A DNA stretch of 64,000 bases from Bdellovibrionota bacterium (lineage in GTDB: Bacteria > Bdellovibrionota_C > UBA2361 > CALJRW01), in contig JBGSMD010000064.1 of the NCBI GenBank assembly GCA_041740355.1, positions 1-64,000 of the forward strand. The letters run 5' to 3'. The notes under the pieces are model-generated. The model made no database searches. It had not been told where the DNA came from and saw only the letters and a program-made list of their open reading frames with translations. The position numbers were made by a program, and so were the translations under genes. Shown one piece after another: positions 1-10,009 of this stretch. The number at the start of each line of letters is the position of its first letter. The first letter of the stretch is position 1.

Positions 1-137
1 ACAAAAAATAAATTACGTAAAAATCAAATAGATTGAGTTGTTTTTTGTCATAACTATATAATTTTATTATCCCTCCGGGGGATAGAAAGCCCCAAAAAGT
101 AATTTCCTTACGTAAATTACTTTTTGGACTTTCTATA
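1..137. repeat. MITE-like palindromic repeat, family A (cut by window start)
   Basis: Co-linear with 44376-44524 and with the reverse complement of 43338-43485 (tatccctccgggggata core; ccaaaaagtaattt...aaattactttttggactttctata hairpin). Confidence 0.85.
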
Positions 138-259
138 ATAAGATTATCAGCAAAGCCAGATAATTCATTAATGAATGCAACTATCGAGAGTGTAAAAAAT
201 TTCCCTTAAGGTAATTATTTTGGGGCTTACTTTAATTTAAAAATTTGAACCTATTTAAG

Positions 260-571
260 CTATTCGACCACCGTGTGAACTCGTCGATATGAATTCATAA
301 ATTCAGGATTATCCACCAGTCCCGTAGACTCTAAAACATGTTCCGGTGGTATTCTTAGATATTCACAGATTGAACGAAAAGAGAAAACATATTCTGAATC
401 AGGATTAAGAAAAAAACGCAGCGCTTCTTTCGCAACGTAACCTTCTTTTTCTAGATCACTAATGGCAGAAAACAGCACGGCTTTAAGTAAATCGCGCTCT
501 GAGCCAACCGGGTCTGAAGGATAGATATCATCGTCGATGCTGATAATTAGAGTTTCTTTGTTTTTGGACAT
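260..571 (-). CDS. Small hypothetical protein
   Basis: 103-aa ORF; the pattern ERDLLKAVL..AI.D...FSFRSICEYL resembles, from recall, a small uncharacterised family in deltaproteobacteria-like genomes; downstream of the kinase on the same strand. Confidence 0.65.
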   Translation of the reverse strand: MSKNKETLIISIDDDIYPSDPVGSERDLLKAVLFSAISDLEKEGYVAKEALRFFLNPDSEYVFSFRSICEYLRIPPEHVLESTGLVDNPEFMNSYRRVHTVVE

Positions 572-767
572 AATTACTAAATAGTTAAAAACACGACTTA
601 ATCATCGACAGCCTTTATTAATTTGTTTAGGAAATTATGAAAAAAAATGAGGAAATCAATACTTTTATTCTGGAATTAAAGGTATTTTAGCTGCCTAGAG
701 TCAAATTTAGGCATTTTTTTGATCTGGAGATTAAACCAGCAGGGATACCAGGAAAAGAAACCGTAAA

Positions 768-2474
768 TTATTTTGGCAAAACACGAGCAACTGTCTGAGC
801 TAAATCACTTAGCTTCAAGGGCTTATTTAAACAAATATCAATTCCCATTTTTAAGTATGACTCTGTATCGAAGTCAAAGGCTCGACTACTCATAACGATT
901 ATTGGAATATTTGCATTTTTTAGATTATGTCGGAGATTATTAACAAAATCTACTCCTTGATCATCGACTAAGGAGTTCTCTAGAAGTACCAAAGAATATG
1001 GATCTTCATTTAAGCTTGGATTAAAACTAGCAGAATGGGACTCAACCTGATACCCAAGATTGTTTAAGTAATCAACAACAACACTTGCTTCTTCACTATT
1101 TGGTTCTAACAATAATACTTTCTCACCATGTCCACGAGGAACCTGAACTACAACTTCCACATTTTTATTAATCAATAAGCTGGCATCTTCGGCATCAAAT
1201 ACAATATAAAATTCACTGCCTTCACCAGCGACAGAATCAAAACCAATCTGTGCCAAATTTGCTTCCGCCAAACGAACCGTAAGAGAAAGCCCTAGACCAG
1301 TTCCCATCTGTTCTTTGGAGTATTCGTCATCGATTCTTTCAAAAGCAGAAAAAACCTTATCTTTTTGATCCTCGGGAATTCCAACTCCGTTGTCTTTCAC
1401 AACAATCCGAACTTGGCCATCTAATGTTCGTTCTGCCCAGAAATCAACTTTTCCTTCGGGTGGAGTATACTTAATGGCGTTTGTTAGGAAATTAATTAGA
1501 ATTTGTCTGGCATGACGGCGATCACATTTGATGGCCAAATTTTTATGTCGAGTTTCATAATTAAAAGCATGTTTTTTCTTATGCGCTTGAGAATTAACAA
1601 GCTTACCAACGTCATAAATTAATTCATCGACAGAAATTATCTGCATATCCGGGATCACTTTACCTGCTTCAATCTTAGCAAAATCAAGAACGTCATTTAC
1701 TAGATCGAGCAAATGCTCACCATTTTTTTTAACCATTGTTAATGTCTGATCTTGACGGTCGTTAACATCTCCGCAAATACCGGAAAGAACAATCTCCACA
1801 GCATTTAACATAATTCCCAGCGGCCCACGAAGCTCATGACTAAGATTTGCTAAAAATCCAACCTTGGCACGGACAGACTCTTCCGAACTCTGTTTTAATT
1901 TAAATAACTGTGTGGAAAACTTAGCATTTAAAATTGCAATCGCAGCTTGTAGAGTTAGCAAATCAAGCAACTCCCCTTCTTCTACTGTCAACTCCCTTGA
2001 GGCATCAAAAACTAAGCGAATTAAACCAAATCGCTCACCTGAAAAACTAATTTGTTTAATATCTTGGTGTTGTGCTCGGACTCCAACTATTTTCTTAAGC
2101 GGCTCACCAACAAAACATGAGGTATGATAAAATTCTGTATTGGCATCGATTAATGAAATCTCTACAAACTGACAGCGAAATAATCGATACGCCAAATTGG
2201 CAATGCTAGTTAAAACTTTGGTTAGCTCGGAACTATTATCAATATTAATACTGGAAGTATTTAAATTAAGGATTTCCTTTTGGTTAATAATTTGTTCCAA
2301 ATAAAAACCCAGGGCGTATTTATTGGATTTGCTATTGGAACCAAAAGCTGAGCGTAATTTTTTCTGAATACGAACAAGTACGATACAAAGATAGATCGAG
2401 AACATTGCTGAGATTCCAGCGATAACTGCTAAGATAATAATTAGACTTTCGGTGTTAAACAATCCTACTCCCAT
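768..2474 (-). CDS. Membrane-anchored hybrid sensor histidine kinase/response regulator
   Basis: N-terminal TM helix, GAF-like segment, H-box [10 protein letters not shown]-box [11 protein letters not shown]1 DNGVGI, G2 GTGLGL, C-terminal atypical receiver; start overlaps the guaA stop. Confidence 0.9.
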   Translation of the reverse strand: MGVGLFNTESLIIILAVIAGISAMFSIYLCIVLVRIQKKLRSAFGSNSKSNKYALGFYLEQIINQKEILNLNTSSINIDNSSELTKVLTSIANLAYRLFRCQFVEISLIDANTEFYHTSCFVGEPLKKIVGVRAQHQDIKQISFSGERFGLIRLVFDASRELTVEEGELLDLLTLQAAIAILNAKFSTQLFKLKQSSEESVRAKVGFLANLSHELRGPLGIMLNAVEIVLSGICGDVNDRQDQTLTMVKKNGEHLLDLVNDVLDFAKIEAGKVIPDMQIISVDELIYDVGKLVNSQAHKKKHAFNYETRHKNLAIKCDRRHARQILINFLTNAIKYTPPEGKVDFWAERTLDGQVRIVVKDNGVGIPEDQKDKVFSAFERIDDEYSKEQMGTGLGLSLTVRLAEANLAQIGFDSVAGEGSEFYIVFDAEDASLLINKNVEVVVQVPRGHGEKVLLLEPNSEEASVVVDYLNNLGYQVESHSASFNPSLNEDPYSLVLLENSLVDDQGVDFVNNLRHNLKNANIPIIVMSSRAFDFDTESYLKMGIDICLNKPLKLSDLAQTVARVLPK

Positions 2475-4027
2475 TCAATCGTAGCTGGTGGCTTATTTGA
2501 GATATCAAGGACGACTCGATTCACACCACTGACTTCATTAATAATTCTTGAACTGATGATACCCAAAACCTTTTCCGGAAGATATGCCCAATTCGCGGTC
2601 ATCCCATCTTGCGATTCAACCGCACGAATGGCAATACACTTTTCATAAGTACGCCCATCCCCCATTACTCCTACAGAATCAACCGGTAATAGCACGGCAA
2701 ATGATTGCCAAAGTTTTTCATACCAACCAGCTCTTTTAACCTCTTCCACTAAAATAGCATCGGCTTCTTGTAATATATCAATCTTATCTTGCGTAATTTC
2801 ACCTAAAATCCTTACTGCTAAACCAGGACCAGGAAATGGCTGTCTTTTAATAATTTCGGTCGGAACATTTAAAGCCTCTCCAACTCTTCGGACCTCATCT
2901 TTAAAAAGCTCACGAAAGGGCTCAATTAACTCAAAATTCATTTTTTCTGGAAGTCCACCAACATTATGATGAGACTTGATAGTTGCCGATGGCCCTTTTA
3001 CAGAAACTGATTCAATTACATCAGGATACAATGTTCCTTGCACTAAATATTTTACATTCTGCAATGACTTACTCTCTTCTTCAAAGACATCAATAAAAAC
3101 ACTTCCAATAATCTTGCGCTTCTTCTCTGGATCCGTCACCCCTCGTAATGCTGTCAAAAAACGTTCCCTGGCATCCACAAGCTTAACATCCAATCCAAGA
3201 CCTTCAACCCCTAATCTCTTATAAACCTGCTGGGCTTCATCTTTACGAAGTAGTCCATTATCAACAAAAATTGATTTAAGCTGTCCTGGAATAGCGCGGT
3301 CAATGAGTACCGCGGCAACTGTAGAATCTACTCCACCACTTAGGGCACACAGAACATTTTGCTCAGGGCTAACCATCGACTGAATCTTCTTGTTAAAAGT
3401 ATGAATAAAACCATCCGCACTCCAACTGGTATCGCATTTCGCAATCTTGATTAAGAAATTACTGATAATCTCCCCACCTCTTTCGGTATGAAAAACCTCT
3501 GGATGGAATTGTAAGGCATACAACTGATCTGCTTTGTTCCCCATTGCCGCCATTGGAATACTTTCACTTTTGGCTAAAACTTTAAAGCCGCTTGGAACTT
3601 CAACAACATGATCACCATGACTCATCCAAACTTGCAGATTTTTATCGAGCGCAAAGCCTTCAAATAAGTCTGAATTATCAATAATCTCCAAGGCGGTTGC
3701 TCCGTATTCACGTTTTTTGGAACTTGCAACCTTACCACCAAGCATTTGGCTCATTAACTGCATACCATAGCAGATTCCTAAAGTGGGAATTTTAGTCTTA
3801 AGCCAGGCAATATCAAATGCTGGACTATCATCATCTAAGACAGAAGCCGGACCCCCAGAAAAGATGACAGCCTCAACATTTGTTAGATCTTGGACCGAGC
3901 AATTACGAGTACAGGGAATAATTTCACTAAAAATATTTAACTCTCTTACTCGACGAGCAATTACCTGAGTATATTGTGAGCCGAAATCTAGGATTAAAAC
4001 TTTTTTTACACTATTTTCTATAGTCAT
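2465..4027 (-). CDS. guaA: GMP synthase (glutamine-hydrolysing)
   Basis: [48 protein letters not shown]. Confidence 0.98.
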   Translation of the reverse strand: MTIENSVKKVLILDFGSQYTQVIARRVRELNIFSEIIPCTRNCSVQDLTNVEAVIFSGGPASVLDDDSPAFDIAWLKTKIPTLGICYGMQLMSQMLGGKVASSKKREYGATALEIIDNSDLFEGFALDKNLQVWMSHGDHVVEVPSGFKVLAKSESIPMAAMGNKADQLYALQFHPEVFHTERGGEIISNFLIKIAKCDTSWSADGFIHTFNKKIQSMVSPEQNVLCALSGGVDSTVAAVLIDRAIPGQLKSIFVDNGLLRKDEAQQVYKRLGVEGLGLDVKLVDARERFLTALRGVTDPEKKRKIIGSVFIDVFEEESKSLQNVKYLVQGTLYPDVIESVSVKGPSATIKSHHNVGGLPEKMNFELIEPFRELFKDEVRRVGEALNVPTEIIKRQPFPGPGLAVRILGEITQDKIDILQEADAILVEEVKRAGWYEKLWQSFAVLLPVDSVGVMGDGRTYEKCIAIRAVESQDGMTANWAYLPEKVLGIISSRIINEVSGVNRVVLDISNKPPATIEWE

Positions 4028-4100
4028 TTAAGGTAGTTAGAATATTAAGTAATTTTTCTCGATACTATCCTAGAGAAGAACCCTTGTCTAGTTTGGATTA

Positions 4101-4296
4101 CACTCACCGCATTTAATTTTTGATAAAAAATGAAAAGAGAGGAGTGCGAGTAAAATCCTGCCGAAGACAGGTTTTACTCTAGAAAACACTACTTAACCTA
4201 CTCAAATCAGCGGTGAGTATTGGTTTTGTCTTCTACGGCGTAACTTGGCTAATGCCAAGCTTACGCTCGCCCTCCGCAAATTTCATCTGTGGAGGG
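4101..4296. repeat. Structured intergenic repeat, family B, copy 1
   Basis: Reverse complement aligns along its length with 27815-28042; internal inverted arms actcaccgc/gcggtgagt and several hairpins. Confidence 0.9.
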
Positions 4297-4426
4297 CATA
4301 AATTGGCACCTCGCAATAAAAACGATACTTTTGTTTGCCCTCCTCTAAATTTATGTCTTATAATCAAGCACACCTTTCAAAATGCTAGCATAACGTACGT
4401 AGGATATTTGATTAACTCTTAACCAT

Positions 4427-5731
4427 ATGAAAATACTTATTATTGATTCTTCGATTGCTAACCAAGCAAAGTATGCAGAAAAGTTGCACTCCTTACATAA
4501 CAAGGATGTAGAAACTTTGGATCTACATATTATGTTGGTTGATGATAAAAAATACCAAGAACATGCTAAGATTATGGACGTGATTATCTTGGGTTCTGGC
4601 CTAGGAGAGCAAGCAAACGTGATTGCCCGGACCATCAAAGAAACTTACCCAGATAAAAATTTAATCGTATTTGTTAATAAAGATAATTATAACGGACAAA
4701 TCATTCGTCAGGCTCATAACATTGGAGTTCGTCGAGTAATGTTTGATTTAATTGACAACCTTGAATTCCTACAAGAACTTTATGCGATTGATGCTGAGTT
4801 CCGAAGAAACGGACAAATCAATCTAGGCAAGGTAATTACTGTAACTTCACCTAAAGGTGGAGCGGGAGCAACAACACTAGTTGCTGCCCTAGGTGAAATT
4901 ACTAGCAAAATGCAAGAGAAAACTTTAGTAATTGATTTGGACTTTACAACTCAAGATTTAAGTCGCTCATTGGCATTATACTCTAGTAAACCAAAAAATT
5001 ATGTTCGTTGGATGGATTCAATCGATGATTTGACCTTGAAGTCTTTTACAGAACAAACAACTAAAGTTGATGAATATGTTGACTTAATTAGCCCACCAGT
5101 TGACTTAAAAACAACACACGACCTAGGTTACCATCATGAAGGTACTCAAGTGCTGTTAAAAATAATTGACTTAGCTAGATACAATTACCAAAATATTATT
5201 ATTGATTTAGCTGAGCCAAACAGTCCAACAGGTGAAAAAATTATGGCCATCTCTGACCAGATTGCAGTTCTAACTGGTGAGTGTGCTCTTAGCTTAACTG
5301 CCTGCGAGTTGTTTATCGATAAATCAAAAGAGTACTTAAACAATTCTGATACTATTCGGATTATTAATGCTGGAGATCGTCATTCCTTAATTGACCTTCA
5401 ACAAAGCTTTAGTGGACTGAATTTAAATTCTAAGAATTGGATTGAAAATCTTCCTAATGATGCTGAGGCTTGGACTTGGCCGGGAAGTGGTAAAACATTA
5501 TTCTCAATTGGTGACTATCGAACGAAACTAGCTCTTAATAACATTGCTAGAAAGTTAGAAGTAATTAAAGAAGATGTTGTTGAACTGGAATTCCGAACAG
5601 TAAGTAAAGTTAAATTGATTAGTGCTCCATTTATTAATCGCTTTAAACAAATTCCACTTAGAGCTAAAATTGAAACTGATAGCAAAAAGTTATTACCTAA
5701 TAACTCTGGCTATAATAAAGCATCTGCCTAG
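4427..5731 (+). CDS. CpaE/TadZ-like ParA/MinD ATPase with N-terminal receiver-like domain
   Basis: Receiver-like N-terminus, then deviant Walker A SPKGGAGATT, LVIDLD and IIIDL motifs. Confidence 0.75.
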   Translation: MKILIIDSSIANQAKYAEKLHSLHNKDVETLDLHIMLVDDKKYQEHAKIMDVIILGSGLGEQANVIARTIKETYPDKNLIVFVNKDNYNGQIIRQAHNIGVRRVMFDLIDNLEFLQELYAIDAEFRRNGQINLGKVITVTSPKGGAGATTLVAALGEITSKMQEKTLVIDLDFTTQDLSRSLALYSSKPKNYVRWMDSIDDLTLKSFTEQTTKVDEYVDLISPPVDLKTTHDLGYHHEGTQVLLKIIDLARYNYQNIIIDLAEPNSPTGEKIMAISDQIAVLTGECALSLTACELFIDKSKEYLNNSDTIRIINAGDRHSLIDLQQSFSGLNLNSKNWIENLPNDAEAWTWPGSGKTLFSIGDYRTKLALNNIARKLEVIKEDVVELEFRTVSKVKLISAPFINRFKQIPLRAKIETDSKKLLPNNSGYNKASA

Positions 5732-5740
5732 TTAGTAATT

Positions 5741-5771
5741 AGCGACCCCTCAACAGTTTCGAGGGGTCGCT
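5741..5771. terminator. Hairpin between convergent genes, probable terminator
   Basis: 11-bp stem agcgacccctc/gaggggtcgct just after the 5731 stop. Confidence 0.65.
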
Positions 5772-5881
5772 TGAATTTCTTGGAGATTGATCCAAGGCAC
5801 TTCCTTTTTAAAAAGTTAGTCTTCTAGGCCCCTCCTTTATTATTCATTTTTTTGCTTCGAGATTGGTTAAAGACAATTTCT

Positions 5882-6682
5882 TTATTTAGATTTGATCTGT
5901 ACTTCGCTCTGGTGATAGACCTTGGAGTTCGGTAGAACAGATTCAGTTAACCAAACATTCCCACCAATCACGCTACCATGACCAATAACTGTGGTTCCTC
6001 CAAGGATTGTAGCGTTGGCGTAAATCACCACATCATTTCCAATAGTGGGATGTCTCTGCTTATTCTGCATTTGTTTATCAACAACTAAACCACCCAAAGT
6101 AACACCTTGGTAAATTCGTACGCGATTACCAATAATAGAAGTTTCACCAATCACAATTCCCGTACCGTGATCTATGGCAAAGTCCTTACCAATCTTAGCT
6201 CCGGGATGTATATCGATACCTGTATGTTGATGAGCATATTCTGCAAGTATTCTAGGAAATAAAGGTACCTCTGCCAAGTAAAACCAATGCCCAATGCGAT
6301 GAATAATAATAGCAAAGAAACCTGGGTAAGTGACAATCACCTCTTCCTTAGAAGATGCCGCCGGATCCATTGCATAAATTGCCTCGGCATCTAAATCAAG
6401 CAAATTATAAATTTCTGGCAAATCTTTGAAAAAACGTTCCGCCACATCTAAGCAGTCAGTTTTTAATTCTGAACAAAAGGGCTGGAGAATTACCACCAAA
6501 TCTTTCGCTAATTGCTGCAAAGTAAGCTCAACTGACTCTACCGTAAATTTCTTAGAAGCACTGCGATGGGGGAAAAGTAATTGAATTAAATTTCGAAGAA
6601 AAGTGATCGATAGATCTTTAGAAATTAAGAGACTATCAACATCCTGATGCGACTTGGCAATGAGTTCGTAAAAATTCTTCAT
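5882..6682 (-). CDS. cysE: Serine O-acetyltransferase
   Basis: DPAA, YPGF, TGIDIHPGAKIG, IDHGTGIVIGET, RHPTIG hexapeptide repeats. Confidence 0.93.
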   Translation of the reverse strand: MKNFYELIAKSHQDVDSLLISKDLSITFLRNLIQLLFPHRSASKKFTVESVELTLQQLAKDLVVILQPFCSELKTDCLDVAERFFKDLPEIYNLLDLDAEAIYAMDPAASSKEEVIVTYPGFFAIIIHRIGHWFYLAEVPLFPRILAEYAHQHTGIDIHPGAKIGKDFAIDHGTGIVIGETSIIGNRVRIYQGVTLGGLVVDKQMQNKQRHPTIGNDVVIYANATILGGTTVIGHGSVIGGNVWLTESVLPNSKVYHQSEVQIKSK

Positions 6683-7776
6683 ATTTTAATTCGTCCTCCA
6701 CCCAGAACTTCTTCGTTCGCTAAATCATAAAAAACAGCTGCCTGACCAGGGGAAACTGTCGACCATTCATCTAGGAATAAAACTTCTGCTAAATCTTCAG
6801 CTGTAATTCGGACGCTAACGGGAACTCCCTCATGACGATAGCGCATTTGGCAAATCGATTTAAACTCGATCGGAAACTTATTACTTCGATACTGTTCAGC
6901 CAACTTAGAATTAACAAAATTAAGTTCGGAAACCTTAAATCCCGGTCTTTCCAATTCATCTTTAGAACCAACAATAATTTGATTTTCGACTGCACGGATT
7001 TCTAAAACATAAAGTGGATCTTCCGAGCTAATTCCCAAACCTTTTCGTTGTCCTACCGTATAGGAAGTAATTCCTTGGTGTCGTCCAAGCACTTTACCTT
7101 TAGAATCAACTATATTGCCATCAGGTGATTTGCCCCCGATTCGTACTATAAAATCTTTCACGGCACCCGATACAAAACAGATGTCCTGACTTTCTGGCTT
7201 ACTTGCAATTGTGAGCCCTGCTTGTCTTGCTAACTCCCTAACTTCTGGTTTAGTTAAATGACCCACAGGGAATATTGTAGATGTTAACTCCTCAGGAGAT
7301 AATCCATAAAGAAAATAACTTTGATCTTTTTGATCGTCAACTCCACGAATTAATTGCAAGCCATTAGTAGACTCACGAATTTGGGCATAATGTCCAGTAG
7401 CAACAGCTTTACAACCAAAAGTATTGGCTCTTTCTCGTAACTCTCGAAATTTAACTTTATTATTACAATCAATACAAGGATTTGGTGTTAAGCCTTGTTT
7501 ATATTTTTCGATAAAATTATCAATAACTTTTTCTTTAAAAGTCTGTTCAAAATCAAATACATAATATGGAACACCAATCTTAGCGGCTACCATTCGAGCG
7601 TCTGTAAAATCATCCGGTGCGCAGCAAGTCGCTCTGGTACTACAACCACCATTTTGTCGATAATCCCAGACCTGCATGGAAATACCCACCAAGTCATGGC
7701 CAGTCTGTTGTAAAAGCAATGCGGCAACACAGGAGTCAACTCCGCCAGACATAGCTACGACGATTTTATCATTCAT
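6679..7776 (-). CDS. mnmA: tRNA 2-thiouridine(34) synthase
   Basis: AMSGGVDS, TPNPCIDCN, ATGHYA, KDQSYFL, ESQDICF, TVGQRKGLG, PGQAAVFY. Confidence 0.97.
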   Translation of the reverse strand: MNDKIVVAMSGGVDSCVAALLLQQTGHDLVGISMQVWDYRQNGGCSTRATCCAPDDFTDARMVAAKIGVPYYVFDFEQTFKEKVIDNFIEKYKQGLTPNPCIDCNNKVKFRELRERANTFGCKAVATGHYAQIRESTNGLQLIRGVDDQKDQSYFLYGLSPEELTSTIFPVGHLTKPEVRELARQAGLTIASKPESQDICFVSGAVKDFIVRIGGKSPDGNIVDSKGKVLGRHQGITSYTVGQRKGLGISSEDPLYVLEIRAVENQIIVGSKDELERPGFKVSELNFVNSKLAEQYRSNKFPIEFKSICQMRYRHEGVPVSVRITAEDLAEVLFLDEWSTVSPGQAAVFYDLANEEVLGGGRIKI

Positions 7777-7848
7777 CAGCGGAGTCTAATATAAATATCA
7801 TAATAATGCACCAATACTAAGATCGGAAGATAAAGCTTTTAGTTCAAC

Positions 7849-8985
7849 TTAATGGATAACATTCTTGACCAATTGAGCTATGAAATAGTGCCGATCGGCA
7901 ACAGTTAAATCGGGGCGAAAACTAATTCGAATTGTGGAACGAGCTTCTTCTTCAGTCTTACCAATAGCTAAAAGAACGTGCGAAGGGCTTGGTTTTCCTG
8001 AGGCACAGGCTGAACCTGATGATATTGCAATTCCAGCTAAGTCCATTGCAACTACTAAATCATCAGCTTTAATCCCAGGAATTTCCAAGCTAATCGTATT
8101 GGGTAAAGTTAAGGCGTCCTCAAAATTGATTTTTGCAGTTGGAAGTTTAGCTTTGATTTCAGAAATTAAACTTTGTTTAATCAAATGATAATAATTTAAG
8201 TTTTCTACAAGTTTAACTCTCATTACTTTAGCAGCAATTCCCAGAGTATATGCGCCCAGTATATTCTCAGTTCCTGCGCGCCAAGATAATTCTTGTGGTC
8301 CACCAGAAATTAATGCTTCGGCAGAGAATTGATCGTTAACTACTAAGGCTCCAATACCAGTAAGCGATCCAAGTTTATGTCCCGATATCGCAATGAAATC
8401 AGCATCTAGCTTTGAGAAATTTATTGGTAATTTTCCTAAGACTTGCACTGCATCACAAATCGTATAAGTCTTGGGGAAATCTTGCTTGATAGCTTTAAAT
8501 ATTTCCTGCACGGGATAAATATAACCAGTCTCATTATTAGCAAACATCATGCTACAACAAATTGTTTCCGAATTTACTTGCTGAAGGAAATCTTCGGCAG
8601 AAAATATTTCAGATTTATAGTTATCAAAAATATTTGTTGGTACACCATAGGAAGAGAGCTTTTGAAATGTAGTTAAAGTAGCTGGGTGCTCAATAGTTGA
8701 AGTTAAATAATTAATATTTTGGAATTGACCTTTAAGACTCCAAAATGGATAAAACAAAGCTTGGTTTAATGCTTCAGTTGCTCCTGAAGTAAAAACTATT
8801 CTCTGCTTGGAGTTTAATTGCATCAGAGCTGATAATTCACTTCGCGCCTCTTCCAAGATAGCTCGCGCACGCTGGCCAAGTTGATGAATGGCTGAAGGAT
8901 TAGCAAAATCCACCGACCAAGCAGCGATCGCCTCTCGTACTTCTGGTAGTAGTCCGTAACTGGCATTGGCATCACAATTAATCAT
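7849..8985 (-). CDS. iscS: Cysteine desulfurase (IscS/NifS family)
   Basis: NPSAIH, FTSGATE, ANNETG, SGHKLG (PLP lysine), SSGSACASG. Confidence 0.9.
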   Translation of the reverse strand: MINCDANASYGLLPEVREAIAAWSVDFANPSAIHQLGQRARAILEEARSELSALMQLNSKQRIVFTSGATEALNQALFYPFWSLKGQFQNINYLTSTIEHPATLTTFQKLSSYGVPTNIFDNYKSEIFSAEDFLQQVNSETICCSMMFANNETGYIYPVQEIFKAIKQDFPKTYTICDAVQVLGKLPINFSKLDADFIAISGHKLGSLTGIGALVVNDQFSAEALISGGPQELSWRAGTENILGAYTLGIAAKVMRVKLVENLNYYHLIKQSLISEIKAKLPTAKINFEDALTLPNTISLEIPGIKADDLVVAMDLAGIAISSGSACASGKPSPSHVLLAIGKTEEEARSTIRISFRPDLTVADRHYFIAQLVKNVIH

Positions 8986-9027
8986 TACCCTTCAACTTTC
9001 TTAAAATATTTTCGATATCAGTTAGCT

Positions 9028-9384
9028 ATGAATTATAGAAAATTTTGCCAAGAATTCCAATTAGCCACATTAATCTTATCATTAATTGGTCTAAAAATGA
9101 TATTAAATCAATCTTCCTCGCCCAAGGACCCCAAAATAGATCCAAATATTTATCATCAAACAAGCACTAGGCTAGCACTGGGGGAGCAACTATATTCTAA
9201 AAATTTAACAAAAACCGACTTAGAAAAAATACCTCTGGTTTCATCTTCGATTGCTGAGGCAATAATTAATCAACGAGAAGACCTAATAAAATCCTCAGAA
9301 AGTAATATCAAAAGACTTGAAGCTGTTAAAGGAATTGGTGAAAAAAAAGCCCGTACTATTAGTGAATATTTGGTACTAGATTAA
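9028..9384 (+). CDS. ComEA-like helix-hairpin-helix DNA-binding protein
   Basis: N-terminal hydrophobic anchor; two HhH-like motifs LEKIPLVSSSIA and LEAVKGIGEKKA. Confidence 0.75.
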   Translation: MNYRKFCQEFQLATLILSLIGLKMILNQSSSPKDPKIDPNIYHQTSTRLALGEQLYSKNLTKTDLEKIPLVSSSIAEAIINQREDLIKSSESNIKRLEAVKGIGEKKARTISEYLVLD

Positions 9385-9517
9385 CTATAGTCATCCCAAT
9401 AAATAATTTCCGTTAGGAAATTATAAAACAGATCATGACGATAGAAGCGACCAGCGGGAGCCAAAAGACAAATAGTAAACCCAACTTAAAAAAACAGAGT
9501 TAAACCATAGGTTTATC
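9384..9517. repeat. Intergenic repeat, family C, copy 1
   Basis: Same-orientation similarity to 59791-59954 (actatagtca...taatttccg.taggaaattataaaa...gcgaccagcgggagccaaaagacaaata...tttatc). Confidence 0.85.
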
Positions 9518-9589
9518 TATCAACTTAGGTCCTTAAATTACTTTAGGGTAAAAAATATAAGGGTCAGCAAAAGTCTTAGTTTAATCTAT

Positions 9590-10009
9590 TTATCGGAAAT
9601 CCATTTTTGGGTTTACTATAATTGTAATCTCACGTTGGTAACTTTCTATAATCTCAATCTTAATTTCTAGGTCAATTAGCTCTCGGTAGTTAGGAACTAA
9701 ATCAATCCACTCTATCACCCTCAAAGTATTTTCACTTACTGGTTCTATCAACTCTTCAGGAAGATGTTTTAATCGATAAAGATCCCAATGTTCAATCTGC
9801 AAATTATCATTATGGTAAATATTTTGCAGAGTATAAGTCGGAGAAGTAACCTCCGATTCAGGAATACCCAAGTCCATTAATAAATACTTAACTAGAGTGG
9901 TTTTACCGGCACCCAGAACTCCTATTAAGCCGATAGTTAAGGGTAACTTTGATCTTAAATCTAGTCCGCTCACTATTTTTATCAAATCGTTTGGTCTAGA
10001 AATAATCAT
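9590..10009 (-). CDS. tsaE: tRNA threonylcarbamoyladenosine biosynthesis ATPase
   Basis: GVLGAGKTT, VTSPTYTL, HWDLYRL, VIEW. Confidence 0.92.
   Translation of the reverse strand: MIISRPNDLIKIVSGLDLRSKLPLTIGLIGVLGAGKTTLVKYLLMDLGIPESEVTSPTYTLQNIYHNDNLQIEHWDLYRLKHLPEELIEPVSENTLRVIEWIDLVPNYRELIDLEIKIEIIESYQREITIIVNPKMDFR

Noticed and set aside
4028-4300. Purine riboswitch upstream of guaA
   Set aside because: No purine aptamer consensus recognised; the structure is a repeat also present at an unrelated locus
4213-4638. ORFs 4213-4422 (+) and 4351-4638 (-)
   Set aside because: The first lies largely in repeat family B; the second is antisense to the CpaE-like gene
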